Part shown: one piece after another, positions 1 through 9,479 of the stretch
How the letters are laid out: every line of letters begins with the position of its first letter
Numbering within the stretch: position 1 is the stretch's first letter
Source of the DNA: Octopus sinensis
Lineage: Eukaryota
Length of the DNA stretch: 16,468 nucleotides
Assembly (NCBI RefSeq): GCF_006345805.1
Contig: NW_021825255.1
Location: 1 to 16,468, forward strand
Direction: 5' to 3'
Notes under the pieces: generated by a model
Database searches by the model: none
Seen by the model: the letters and a program-made list of their open reading frames with translations, nothing else
What the model was told of the DNA's origin: nothing
Made by a program: the position numbers and the translations under genes

Positions 1-345
1 AGAAGAGATACTTTATTTTATATGCATATATATAAATACATATTTTTTCATATGATATATATATGCAAATAATGCATATAAAATGCATACATTTATGTAT
101 GTATTCATAAATATATGTATTATTAGTACATGTGTATAAACATGCATATACATTCATATGAATCTATATATGCATGTATATGCACATATAAATGTATGCG
201 CATATAGTCTGCTTTTATACATATATATATGCATACATATATACATGTATAGTTTGTATTATATGTATACATATATGTTTGTATATATATACGTGTATAT
301 ATATATGCATATTTATATATATTATATATGCATATTTATCTATAG

Positions 346-379
<34 letters not shown>

Positions 380-858
380 GCATATGTATATATATTTATA
401 TATATAAGCCTATATTATAAACATATATATATTTCTTATATGCATATGTATATATATTTTATACATATGTTGCATATTATATATATATGCATGTAATACA
501 TATGTATGAGTATATGTATAGAAAGATGCATATATGTATATACATGCATTTATATATATATACGTATGCTATGGTGGTTTTTATATATACATAATATATA
601 ACGTGTTACTTATATAGTATATATATGGGTATATTATGCATATATAGATATACATATATTTCTTTTGTTATCTTACTGTTTTTAGCAATATATGAATAAA
701 TATATATATATATATAATATCAATAATATATATATATATAAAATTAAATTATAATATATATAATAAAGAATATATATAATATATAATAAATATATATATT
801 ATATATATAATATTTGTATACATATGTCTATATATGCATATATAAATATATATATATG

Positions 859-893
<35 letters not shown>

Positions 894-1200
894 ATACATA
901 TGTATGCCAATATATGCATATATATATATATATGTATATATATGTGTATGTCTATCTATGCATATGTATATATATGTTGTTTTATATATACATATATGTA
1001 TATGTATATAGTAAGTATATAGTATGTACATTTGAAAATATTCACATATATATTTGTATACATATATTTGTCTATCTATGCATATATATATATATATATA
1101 TTGTTTTATATATACATATGTATATGTATATAGTAAATATATAGTATGTACATTTGAAAATATTCACATATATATTTGTATACATATATTTGTCTATCTA

Positions 1201-1251
<51 letters not shown>

Positions 1252-1340
1252 TTATATATACATATGTATATGTATATAGTACGTATATAGTATGTATATT
1301 TGAAAATATTCACTTATATATATATATGTATATATGTTGT
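1..1340. repeat. AT-rich low-complexity / (AT)n, (ATGT)n microsatellite field
   Basis: Almost pure alternating A/T with interspersed GT/AC; all ORFs here are Y/I/M/C dinucleotide-repeat translations. Confidence 0.95.
945..1318. repeat. Minisatellite, 3 copies of a 122-146 bp unit containing a variable (TA)n
   Basis: TTTGAAAATATTCAC recurs at 1031, 1153 and 1299 with matching flanks (GTCTATCTATGCAT, TTGTTTTATATATACAT, TAGTA); the period difference equals the (TA)n length. Confidence 0.85.
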
Positions 1341-1549
1341 ATATATGCTTATATGCATATTGCATAGGTGCCATACGTACACATATAGGTGTGTACTATA
1401 TACACAGCAAATCAGAATCTATGGATTAAAAATATTCCAGTGGTACACATTAAAAGACTTTAGGTATTGTCCTATGAAACAGTATGACTATATAGAACAT
1501 TACACAATCGCACACCTATACATAGACATGTATACATGCATATATATAT

Positions 1550-1923
1550 ACTTTGATAGGTTTCGGCCATTAATGGCCCAGGCCATGTCTAACTTAATAG
1601 CACCACCTGGTGAAGTCTTTCAAGTCAGAATTTGGGCACTATGGCCCACTCAAGTAGAGAGTTATTGTTTACAGAGACATATCCGGGTGTAGGGGGTTTA
1701 TCCGGGATTTCTTGAAGGAATCTGTCCAGAGACTTCTTGAACCCTATGGGGTCAGTTTCTGTTTTAATGTGTTTTGGTGTAATGTTAAAGAGAGCGGGGC
1801 CAATTGAGGTGAAATAATTGTGCCGTATTGTTGTTATGAGATGAGAGTGCGATTTTTGTTTTGGGCGGATGGCACGGGGCCCAAGCCTTGGATGTACCTT
1901 AAAGGTGATGCCAACATCATTTG

Positions 1924-1927
<4 letters not shown>
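1550..1927 (-). mobile_element. LINE L-A: 5'-truncated 3' end of a CR1/L2-group (Daphne/Crack-like) LINE, ORF2 C-terminus plus 3'UTR
   Basis: Not in the ORF track (no start codon). Minus frame 1927-1625 is open for 100 codons: CPNDVGITFKVHPRLGPRAIRPKQKSHSHLITTIRHNYFTSIGPALFNITPKHIKTETDPIGFKKSLDRFLQEIPDKPPTPGYVSVNNNSLLEWAIVPKF*. The GP.LFN..P / FK..LD.FL..IPD.P / NSL pattern parallels the L-B ORF at 9572-9838. Flanked by (AT)n on both sides. Confidence 0.8.
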
Positions 1928-1957
<30 letters not shown>

Positions 1958-2067
1958 GCATATATATATATTATATATATATACAAGCGGTAAAAACGCA
2001 TTACAGTTTTATATATATATATATATATACAACACCCGCACTAATATATATATATATATATCTATAC

Positions 2068-2100
<33 letters not shown>
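1927..2100. repeat. (AT)n microsatellite blocks
   Basis: Several pure (AT)n runs separated by short unique stretches. Confidence 0.9.
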
Positions 2101-2106
<6 letters not shown>

Positions 2107-2274
2107 TAGGAAGGGCAGTTGGCGTTAGGAAGGGCATCCAGCCGTAGAAACACTGCCAGATTTGACTGGGCCTGACGAAGCCTTCTGGCTTCACAGACCC
2201 CAGTAGAACCGTCCAACCCATGCTAGCATGGAAAACTGACGATAAACGACGATGATGATGATGATGATGATGAT
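2101..2274 (+). mobile_element. Family D short copy: retro-repeat ending in (GAT)n, probably an RTE-type 3' end or a SINE carrying one
   Basis: GGCGTTAGGAAGGGCATCCAGCCGTAGAAAC...CCATGCTAGCATGG...AAACGAC(GAT)n; matches copies at 8140-9020 (-) and 12258-12918 (+). The clade assignment is from recall only. Confidence 0.7.
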
Positions 2275-2331
2275 ATACATACACACTCACTAAATGTATA
2301 TATATATATACATATACATACACACTCACTA

Positions 2332-2386
<55 letters not shown>

Positions 2387-2451
2387 CACAAATATGTCTA
2401 TCCGTATGTACATTTGTATGAATATATAAGTTCCTCTGTATATATACATAT

Positions 2452-2823
2452 ACTCTTTTACTCTTTTACTTGTTTCAGTCATTTGACTGCGGCCATGTTG
2501 GAGCACCGCCTTTAGTCGAGCAAATCGACCCCAGGACTTATTCTTTCAAAGCCCAGTACTTATTCTATCTGTCTCTTTTGCCGAACTGCTAGGTGACGGG
2601 GATGTAAACACACTGGCATCGGTTGTCAAGCAATGCTGGGGGAACAAACACAGGCACACACACACATACATATATACGATAGGCTTCTTTCAGTTTCCAC
2701 TCACAAGGCATTGGTCGGCCCGGGGCTATACCAGAAGACACTTGCCCAAGATGCCACGCTGTGGGACTGAACCCGGAACCATGTGGTTGGTTAGCAAGCT
2801 ACTTACCACACAGCCACTCCTGC
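2452..2823 (-). mobile_element. SINE-1, near full-length tRNA-derived SINE with internal microsatellite
   Basis: On minus: A-box-like TGGCTGTGTGG (2816-2806), B-box-like GGGTTCAGTCC (2774-2764), internal (TA)n(TG)n, body, and 3' end CATGGCCGCAGTCAAATGACTGAAAC followed by a (GAGTAAAA)n-type tail. Further copies occur at 4948, 5445 and 13111. Confidence 0.85.
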
Positions 2824-2854
2824 ATGTACATTTATGTTACATATATATATACAT

Positions 2855-3030
2855 ATGGTTCTGGGTTCAGTCCCACTGCATGGCATCTTGGGCAAGGAGC
2901 TTCTACTATAGCCTCAGGCTGACCAAATTCCTTGTGAGTGGATTTGGTAGATGGAAACTGAAAGAACCCTGACGTATATATATGTGTATGTGTGTGTGTG
3001 TGTATGTGTGTGTGTGTTTGTGTCTGTGTG
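2855..3030 (+). mobile_element. SINE-1 partial copy (B box through internal microsatellite), inverted relative to 2452-2823
   Basis: ATGGTTCTGGGTTCAGTCCCACTGC...GGAAACTGAAAGAACCCTGACGTATATAT(GT)n is the reverse complement of about 2660-2782. Confidence 0.85.
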
Positions 3031-3186
3031 GATACATGTATATGTATATGTAAACATACTTGTATATATATATATATGTGTATATATCAGGAAGAATAAA
3101 TATATGTATATGTAATATATATGTTTGCAAGTATATATGCATATGTATACATTACATTTATGCATGTCTGTATGTGTGAGTATGTA

Positions 3187-3228
<42 letters not shown>

Positions 3229-3431
3229 CGTGTATATATATAGGCATACATGGATATATACATATAAATGTATACATGTATTTATTATATATTCATGTGT
3301 ATATATGCATTGAAATATATATATATATATATATAGCATTGGATATATGCATATATGTGTGTGTGTGCATTTGTATGTATATATATATATATATAGCATT
3401 GGATATATGCATATATGTGTGTTTGCATTTG

Positions 3432-3485
<54 letters not shown>

Positions 3486-3578
3486 AATGCACACACACAC
3501 ATTATGTATATATCCAATGCTATATATATATATATATATAGCATTGGATACCATGAACCACTGCTATATATATATAGC
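3030..3578. repeat. (AT)n/(GT)n field with about 60-bp tandem units and (AT)n-centred palindromes
   Basis: TAGCATTGGATATATGCAT unit at about 3333 and 3393, an inverted copy at 3481-3525, and a perfect 40-bp palindrome at 3511-3550. Confidence 0.85.
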
Positions 3579-3579
3579 T

Positions 3580-4726
3580 GGAGTGAAGAACAGCTCTTTT
3601 GAGAGGTTACACTTTCCGCTTATGATGTTGTGAGCGAGAATGAGATTACCACGGCATCGTCTAGGGGGACATGGAGTTATGTACAGGGTGGTGTTCATGT
3701 AAAGAGTTCTGGCCACTTGATGTCAAGGGAGACTTTCAACCAAGCGGTCATCGGCATCTTCACCATCTCATCTGGCAGCTTGTTCCACGGATCCGCAACC
3801 CGGATGGAGAGAGCTCCTCTCATTTGATTGAGATGAAATCGTCGCAGGTAGAGCCTTTCGGAATGACACCGCAGCCGACTCTCTGGAGCAGGAGTGAAGA
3901 ACAGCTCTTTCGAGAAGTTACACTTTCCGCTTATGATGTTGTGAGCGAGAATGAGATCACCACGGCGTCGTCTAGGGGGACATGGAGTTATGTACAGGGT
4001 GGTGTTCATGTAAAGAGTTCAGGCCTCTTGAGGTCAAGGGAGGCTTTGAACAAAGCGGTCATCGGCATCTTCACCATCTCATCTGGCAGCTTGTTCCACG
4101 GATCCGCAACTCGGACGGTGAAAGCTCCTCTCCTTCGATTGAGATGAAATCGTCGCAGGTATAGCTTTTCGGAATGACCCCGCAGCCGACGCTCTGGAGC
4201 AGGAGTGAAGAACAGCTCTTTCGAGAGTTTACACTTTCCGCTTATGATGTTGTGAGCGAGAATGAGATCACCACGGCATAGTCTAGGGGGACATGGAGTT
4301 AAGTACAGGGTGGTGTTCATGTAAAGAGTTCAGGCCACTTGAGGGCAAGGGAGGCTTTGAACAAAGCGGTCATCGGCATCTTCACCATCTCATCTGGCAG
4401 CTTGTTCCACGGATCCGCAACCCGGACGGAGAAAGCTCCTCTCCTTCGATTGAGATGAAATCGTCGCAGGTAGAGCTTTTCGGAATGACACCGCAGCAGA
4501 CGCTCTGGAGCAGCTCTTTCGAGAGGTTACACTTTCCGCTTATGATGTTGTGAGCGAGAATGAGATCACCACGGCGTCGTCGTTTTTCTAGAGAATAAAG
4601 GTCGAGCGTCTTCAGCCTTTCTTCATAAGACAAATTCTTGAGACCAAGAACCATGCGGGTAGCCAGCTTCTGGACTCTTTCGAGATGCTGTATGTCTTTG
4701 AGGAGATAAGGAGAAGAGGCTTGAAT
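3580..4726 (-). mobile_element. CR1-C LINE ORF2 C-terminal fragment with a 311-bp terminal unit reiterated about 3.2 times
   Basis: Peptide ...LSYEERLKTLDLYSLEKRRRRGDLILAHNIISGK...FTVRVADPWNKLP...FKASLD is CR1-group ORF2 C-terminus. Junction CTAGGGGGAC at 3661, 3972 and 4283 (period 311). The unit at 4283-4581 has a 13-bp deletion. Confidence 0.9.
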
Positions 4727-4764
4727 ATTAAGGTGACAAACAGTTTACATCTCTCATATAATAT

Positions 4765-4802
4765 CAAGTCGGAGAAACACAAGCACACACGCACACACTC
4801 AA

Positions 4803-4836
<34 letters not shown>

Positions 4837-4945
4837 CACATGCATATGATCACATACACTTGCACACAAACACATGTACACATGGATGCACACATGCACA
4901 TGTGCACATACACAAATGCAGAAATGCACACACTAAGTCAAACAT
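4765..4945. repeat. (CA)n / (CACATG)n microsatellite
   Basis: Direct inspection. Confidence 0.9.
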
Positions 4946-4947
4946 AT

Positions 4948-5166
4948 ACTCTTTACTCTTTTACTTGTTTCAGTCATTTGACTGTGGCCATGCTGGAGCA
5001 CCGCCTTTAGTCGAGCAAATCGACCCCGGGACTTATTCTTTGTAAGCCCAGTACTTATTCTATCGGTCTCTTTTTGCCGAACCGCTAAGTAACGGGGACG
5101 TAAGCACACCAGCATCGGTTGTCAAGCAATGCTATTGGGACAAACACAGACACACAAAACACACAT

Positions 5167-5202
<36 letters not shown>

Positions 5203-5288
5203 CAGGCTTCTTTCAGTTTCCGTCTACCAAATCCACTCACAGGCATTGGTCGGCCCGGGGCTATAGCAGAAGACACTTGCCCAAGATG
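4948..5288 (-). mobile_element. SINE-1 copy lacking the tRNA head
   Basis: Matches 2452 to about 2755, including the tail, the hairpin (4971-4984) and a longer internal (AT)n. Confidence 0.85.
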
Positions 5289-5386
5289 CTATTACAAAAG
5301 GCTTGCTTACATTCTCTCTTGACCAAATGTCAAGGCCTTCATTGGTCAGGGGTTCTGTTAGGAGCACTTGCATTCACACATAATAC

Positions 5387-5996
5387 GGCGGGCTTCTTTC
5401 AGTTTCCGTCTACCAAATCTGCTCACAAGGCTTTGACCGACCTGAGTCATTTGACTGCGGCCATGCTGGAGCACCGCCTTTAGTCGAGCAAATCGACCCC
5501 AGGACTTATTCTTTGTAAGCCCAGTACTTATTGTAGCGGTCTCTTTTTGCCGAACCGCTAAGTGACAGGAACGTAAACACCCCAGCAATGCTAGGGGGAC
5601 AAACACAGACACACAAACACACACCACACACATATATATATATATATACACATATATACGACAGGCTTCTTTCAGTTTCCGTCTACCAAATCCACTCACA
5701 AGGCTTTGGTTGGCCCAAGGCTATAGTAGAAGACACTTGCCCAAGGTGCCACGCAGTGAGACTGAACCTGGAACCATGTGGTTCGTAAGCAAGCTACTTA
5801 CCACACAGCCACTCCTATGCCTATATATATATATGATGGGCTTCTTTCAGTTTCCGTCTACCAAATCCACTCACAAGGCTTTGGTTGGCCCAAGGCTATA
5901 GTAGAAGACACTTGCCCAAGGTGCCACGCAGTAAGACTGAACCTGGAACCATGTGGTTCGTAAGCAAGCTACCTACCACACAGCCACTCCTGCGCA
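5387..5996 (-). mobile_element. SINE-1 cluster: fragment 5387-5444, tail-less copy 5445-5817, tandemly duplicated 5' half 5838-5996
   Basis: GGCTTCTTTCAGTTTCC at 5391, 5664 and 5839; the head end CAGCCACTCCT occurs twice (period 175). Confidence 0.85.
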
Positions 5997-6109
5997 TCTC
6001 TGGGTGTTGTTCTGTCTCAGCTTCCAGCTGTTCTTTCACCATTTGGATAAATCATATCTGAGATGTGATCTATCGCCTATGAACCTCTTTGATTAATATT
6101 TTATTCTAG

Positions 6110-7042
6110 TGGACTGCTCCCGTAGCCATTTCTTGATTCGACAGTCATTTGGAATGCTCACAGCAGCCATATTCCTACCGCTCTATGTCACGCTGGTGAG
6201 ACCCATATTGGAGTACGGGATTCAAGCCTCTTCTCCTTATCTCCTCAAAGACATACAGCATCTCGAAAGAGTCCAGAAGCTGGCTACCCGCATGGTTCCT
6301 GGTCTCAAAAATTTGTCTTATGAAGAAAGGCTGAAGACGCTCGACCTTTATTCTCTAGAAAAACGACGACGCCGTTGTGATCTCATTCTTGCTCACAACA
6401 TCATAAGCGGAAAGTGTAACCTCTCGAAAGAGCTGTTCTTCACTCCTGCTCCAGAGCGTGGGCTGCGGGGTCACTTCGAAAAGCTCTATCTATGACAATT
6501 TCATCTCAATCGAAGGAGAGGGGCTTTCTCCGTCCGGGTTGTGGATCCGTGGAACAAGCTGCCAGATGAGATGGTGAAGATGCCGACGACCGCTTTGTTC
6601 AAAGCCTCCCTTGACCTCAAGTGGCCTGAACTCTTTACATGAACACCACCCTGTACTTAACTCCATGTCCCCCTAGACGACGCCGTGGTAATCTCATTCT
6701 TGCTCACAACATCATAAGTAGAAAGTGTAACCTTTCGAAAGAGCTGTTCTTCACTCCTGCTCCAGAGCGTCGGCTGCGGGGTCACTCTGAAAAGCTCTAT
6801 CTGTGACGATTTCATCTCAATCGAAGGAGAGGAGCTTTCTCCGTCCGGGCTGCGGATCCGTGGAATAAGCTGCCGGACAAGATAGTGAAGATGCCGATGA
6901 CCGTTCATTTCAAAGTCTCTCTTGACCACAAGTGGTCTGAACTCTTTACATGAACACCACCCTGTACATAACTCCATGTCCCCCTACATACCTTGCTTTT
7001 TGCTTTTTAGCCAAAAAATTAACTAATTAACTAACTAACTAA
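6110..7042 (+). mobile_element. CR1-C LINE 3' fragment with two 311-bp units and an intact 3' end with (TAAC)n tail; pseudogenised
   Basis: ORF 6109-6495 reads FLPLYVTLVRPILEY...LERVQKLATRMVPGLKNLSYEERLKTLDLYSLEKRRRR, a canonical CR1-group motif. Units are 6365-6675 and 6676-6986, each with a premature TGA; tail AATTAACTAATTAACTAACTAACTAA at about 7017-7042. Confidence 0.9.
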
Positions 7043-7169
7043 GATGTTGAGCAAAATACTTAGTATATAATTTTGTATGTCTTTACTCCTCAAATCCTAC
7101 TAAGGCATTGGCAAAATAACTAAGCAGTTGAGTCGAGCACCTACTGAAACTGCAGGCTTTGTTCCAAAA

Positions 7170-7275
7170 TTTGAAACCGATATTTGATCTGTCCTTTTGC
7201 ATTCAGAGTTCAACTCCTGCTGTGGTCAACTTTTGTCTTTCACTCCTCTCTGGTACTCATTAAAATAATGTAACA
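7170..7275 (+). mobile_element. Degenerate SINE-3-like relic
   Basis: CAGAGTTCAACTCCTGCTGTGGTCAACTTTTGTCTTTCACTCCT resembles CTGAGTTCAAATTCCGCCGAGGTCGACTTTGCCTTTCATCCT at 11710-11751. Confidence 0.5.
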
Positions 7276-7342
7276 TTTAACTCATGGAGTTGTTCTTATT
7301 GACAAACATCTCCCCTTAAAATTTCACTCCTGGTGAGCAACC

Positions 7343-7422
7343 TTCTTCTTCTTCTTCTCCCCCTCCTCCTCTCCTTCTTCTATCCTCCTCCCCCTCTGAT
7401 TATTATTATTATTATTATTAAT
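7343..7422. repeat. (CTT)n/(CCT)n and (ATT)n microsatellites
   Basis: Direct inspection. Confidence 0.9.
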
Positions 7423-7424
7423 AA

Positions 7425-7905
7425 GCCTTCTCGTGGCTCAGTGGTTAGAGCGTCGAGCTTACGATTTTGAGGTTGTGAGTTCAAATCCCGGACCGGGCTG
7501 CGTGTTGTGTTCTTGAGCAAGGCACTTTATTTCACGTTGCTCCAGTTCACTCAGCTATAGAAAAGTGAAGGCGCATGGCTCAATGGTTAGAGCGTCGAGC
7601 TTACGATCGTGAGTTGTGAGATCAAATCCTGGACCGGGCTGCATGTTGTGTTCTTGAGCAAAGCACTTTATTTCACATTGCTCCAGTTCACTCAGCTATA
7701 GAAATGAGTTGTGACGTCACAGATGCCAAGCTGTATCGGCCCCTTTGCCGTTCCCTTGGACAACATCGGTGACGTGGAGAGGGGAGGCCGGTATGCATGG
7801 GCGACTGCTGGTCTTCCATAAAACAACCTTGCCCAGACTTGTGCCTCAGAGGGTAACTCTCTAGGTGCAAACCCATGGTCAGTGTCTGACCGAAGGGGGT
7901 CATAG
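7425..7905 (+). mobile_element. SINE-2, tRNA-derived, with a tandemly duplicated head (period 142)
   Basis: A box TGGCTCAGTGG at 7434-7444 and TGGCTCAATGG at 7576-7586; B-box-like GAGTTCAAATCC at 7477-7488 and GAGATCAAATCC at 7618-7629; a single body follows to about 7905. Confidence 0.8.
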
Positions 7906-8139
7906 TCATAGATAGACTTGTATATTTGTAAGCCAAAGGAATTGAGAAGGAGGGAGGTGCCCTTTGCTGCAAAGGGTGACCAAAGATGTATGGGGTCCCT
8001 TGGTTGTGTCCTTGAGGATTTATCGTTAAATTTTTTTTGTTAATTGTTATTGTTTCATTTCATTTCATACACAAATATTGTGCTAATCTCCACTTGTTCT
8101 TTGCGTCCTTTTTTTGCTTTGAGTTTTAGCTTCTTTGGC

Positions 8140-8175
<36 letters not shown>

Positions 8176-9020
8176 TTAGCGTCCGCTTTCCATACTAGCA
8201 TGGGTTGGACGATTCAACTAGGGTCTGGGAAGCCAGAAGGCTGCACCAGGCCCAGTCTGATCTGGCAGTGTTTCTACAGCTGGATGCCCTTCCTAACGCC
8301 AACCACTCCGAGAGTGTAGTGATGCTACATATATATATATATGTATATATAATATATATATATATCATCATATCATCGTTTAAAGTCCGTTTTCCATGCT
8401 AGCATGGGTTGGACGGTTCAACTAGGGTCTGGGAAGCCAGAAGGCTGCACCAGGCCCAGTCTGATCTGGCAGTGTTTCTACAGCTGGATGCCCTTCCTAA
8501 CGCCAACCACTCCGAGAGTGTAGTGGGTGCTTTTACGTGCCATATATATATGCCAGGCGAAGCTGGCATCGGCCATCATTGGTGTATTTTTATGTGCCAT
8601 GCACGAAGCCAGTAGGCGGCATGGCTCGGCATCATTGTATTATCATCATCATCATCATCGTTTAACGTCCGTTCCACCATGCTAGCATGGGTGGACGGTT
8701 CAACCGGGGATCTGGGAAGCCAGAGGCTGCACCAGGCCCTCCAGTCTGATCTGGAGTGTTTTTTTCTACAGCTGGATGCCCTTCCTAACGCCAACCACTC
8801 CGAGAGTGTAGTGCGTGCTACATCATATATATATTATATATCATCATATCATCGTTTAACGTCCGTTTTCCATGCTAGCATGGGTTGGACGGTTCAACTG
8901 GGGTCTGGGAAGCCAGAAGGCTGCACCAGGCCCAGTCTGATCTGGCAGTGTTTCTACGGCTGGATGCCCTCCTAACGCCAACCACTCCGTGAGTGTAGTG
9001 GGTGCTTTTTACGTGCCACC
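8140..9020 (-). mobile_element. Family D, four tandem copies separated by (CAT)n/(AT)n
   Basis: Copies at about 8140-8328, 8364-8542, 8642-8822 and 8841-9020, each the reverse complement of 2101-2274. Confidence 0.85.
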
Positions 9021-9430
9021 GCAAGGTGCCAGATGGAGCTGGCAACCGGCCACGGACGGATGGTGCTTTTATAGTCCACCGTACGGGAGCAGCGAGGCTG
9101 CACAGCCCGAACGGATGTGCTTTTACGTGCCGCGGTACGGGGCCAGGCGAGGCTGGCACGCCAACGGGATGGATCTTTTTACATGCAACCGCACGAGGCC
9201 AGTCGGGGCGGCGCTAGCAGCGGCCACAAACGGATGGTGGTGCCAGACAAGTCTTGCAAACGGCCACGAATGGATGGTGCTTTTTTTACGTGCCACCGGT
9301 ACGGGGGCCAGGCGAGGCTGGCAACGGCCACGAACGGATGGTGCTTTTTACGTGCCACCGGCTCGAGGCCAGTCTAGGCGGCGCTGGCAATGCCCACATT
9401 CAGATGGTTCTCTTGCGTGCCACCGGCACT
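9000..9430 (-). repeat. GC-rich ~55-bp degenerate tandem subrepeat (about 8 copies), upstream part of the long D element
   Basis: GG(A)TGGTGCTTTTTACGTGCCACCGG-like motif near 9001, 9062, 9117, 9171, 9232, 9272, 9339 and 9404; reverse-complement versions lie at 12258-12540. Confidence 0.75.
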
Positions 9431-9479
9431 GGTAAATCGGCTGCAATTTCCATTGATCGATTTCGATTCTGAAATATAT

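Noticed and set aside
1560-1590. Hairpin followed by GAAAC as a hammerhead ribozyme (also at 9507-9535 and SINE-1 ends)
   Set aside because: Stem-GAAA resembles stem II, but the required CUGANGA box is replaced by CATGGCC and no stems I/III are evident.
158-3602. Many 60-190 aa ORFs rich in Y/I/M/C/H
   Set aside because: These are translations of (AT)n/(GT)n/(CA)n, which lack stop codons in some frames; they overlap on both strands and show no protein features.
6095-6112. TTTTATTCTAG as a splice acceptor exonising the CR1-C ORF
   Set aside because: Weak tract, no convincing downstream donor before the premature stop at 6493, and no independent support.
3580-7042. Twin-priming inversion to explain the inverted CR1-C pair
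   Set aside because: Twin priming gives non-overlapping adjacent segments; here the arms cover the same sequence and are 1.5 kb apart.
7017-7042. (TAAC)n as a telomeric repeat
   Set aside because: Only about 6 imperfect units, not TTAGGG or TTAGG, and it sits exactly where a CR1 simple-repeat tail is expected.
7207-7332. 126-nt AG...GT candidate exon
   Set aside because: Stops in all three frames, and it overlaps a degenerate SINE-3 relic.
7425-7630. tRNA genes (also 2760-2823 and 11639-11730)
   Set aside because: A/B boxes are present, but there is no closed acceptor stem or cloverleaf and each continues into a repeat body; these are SINE heads.
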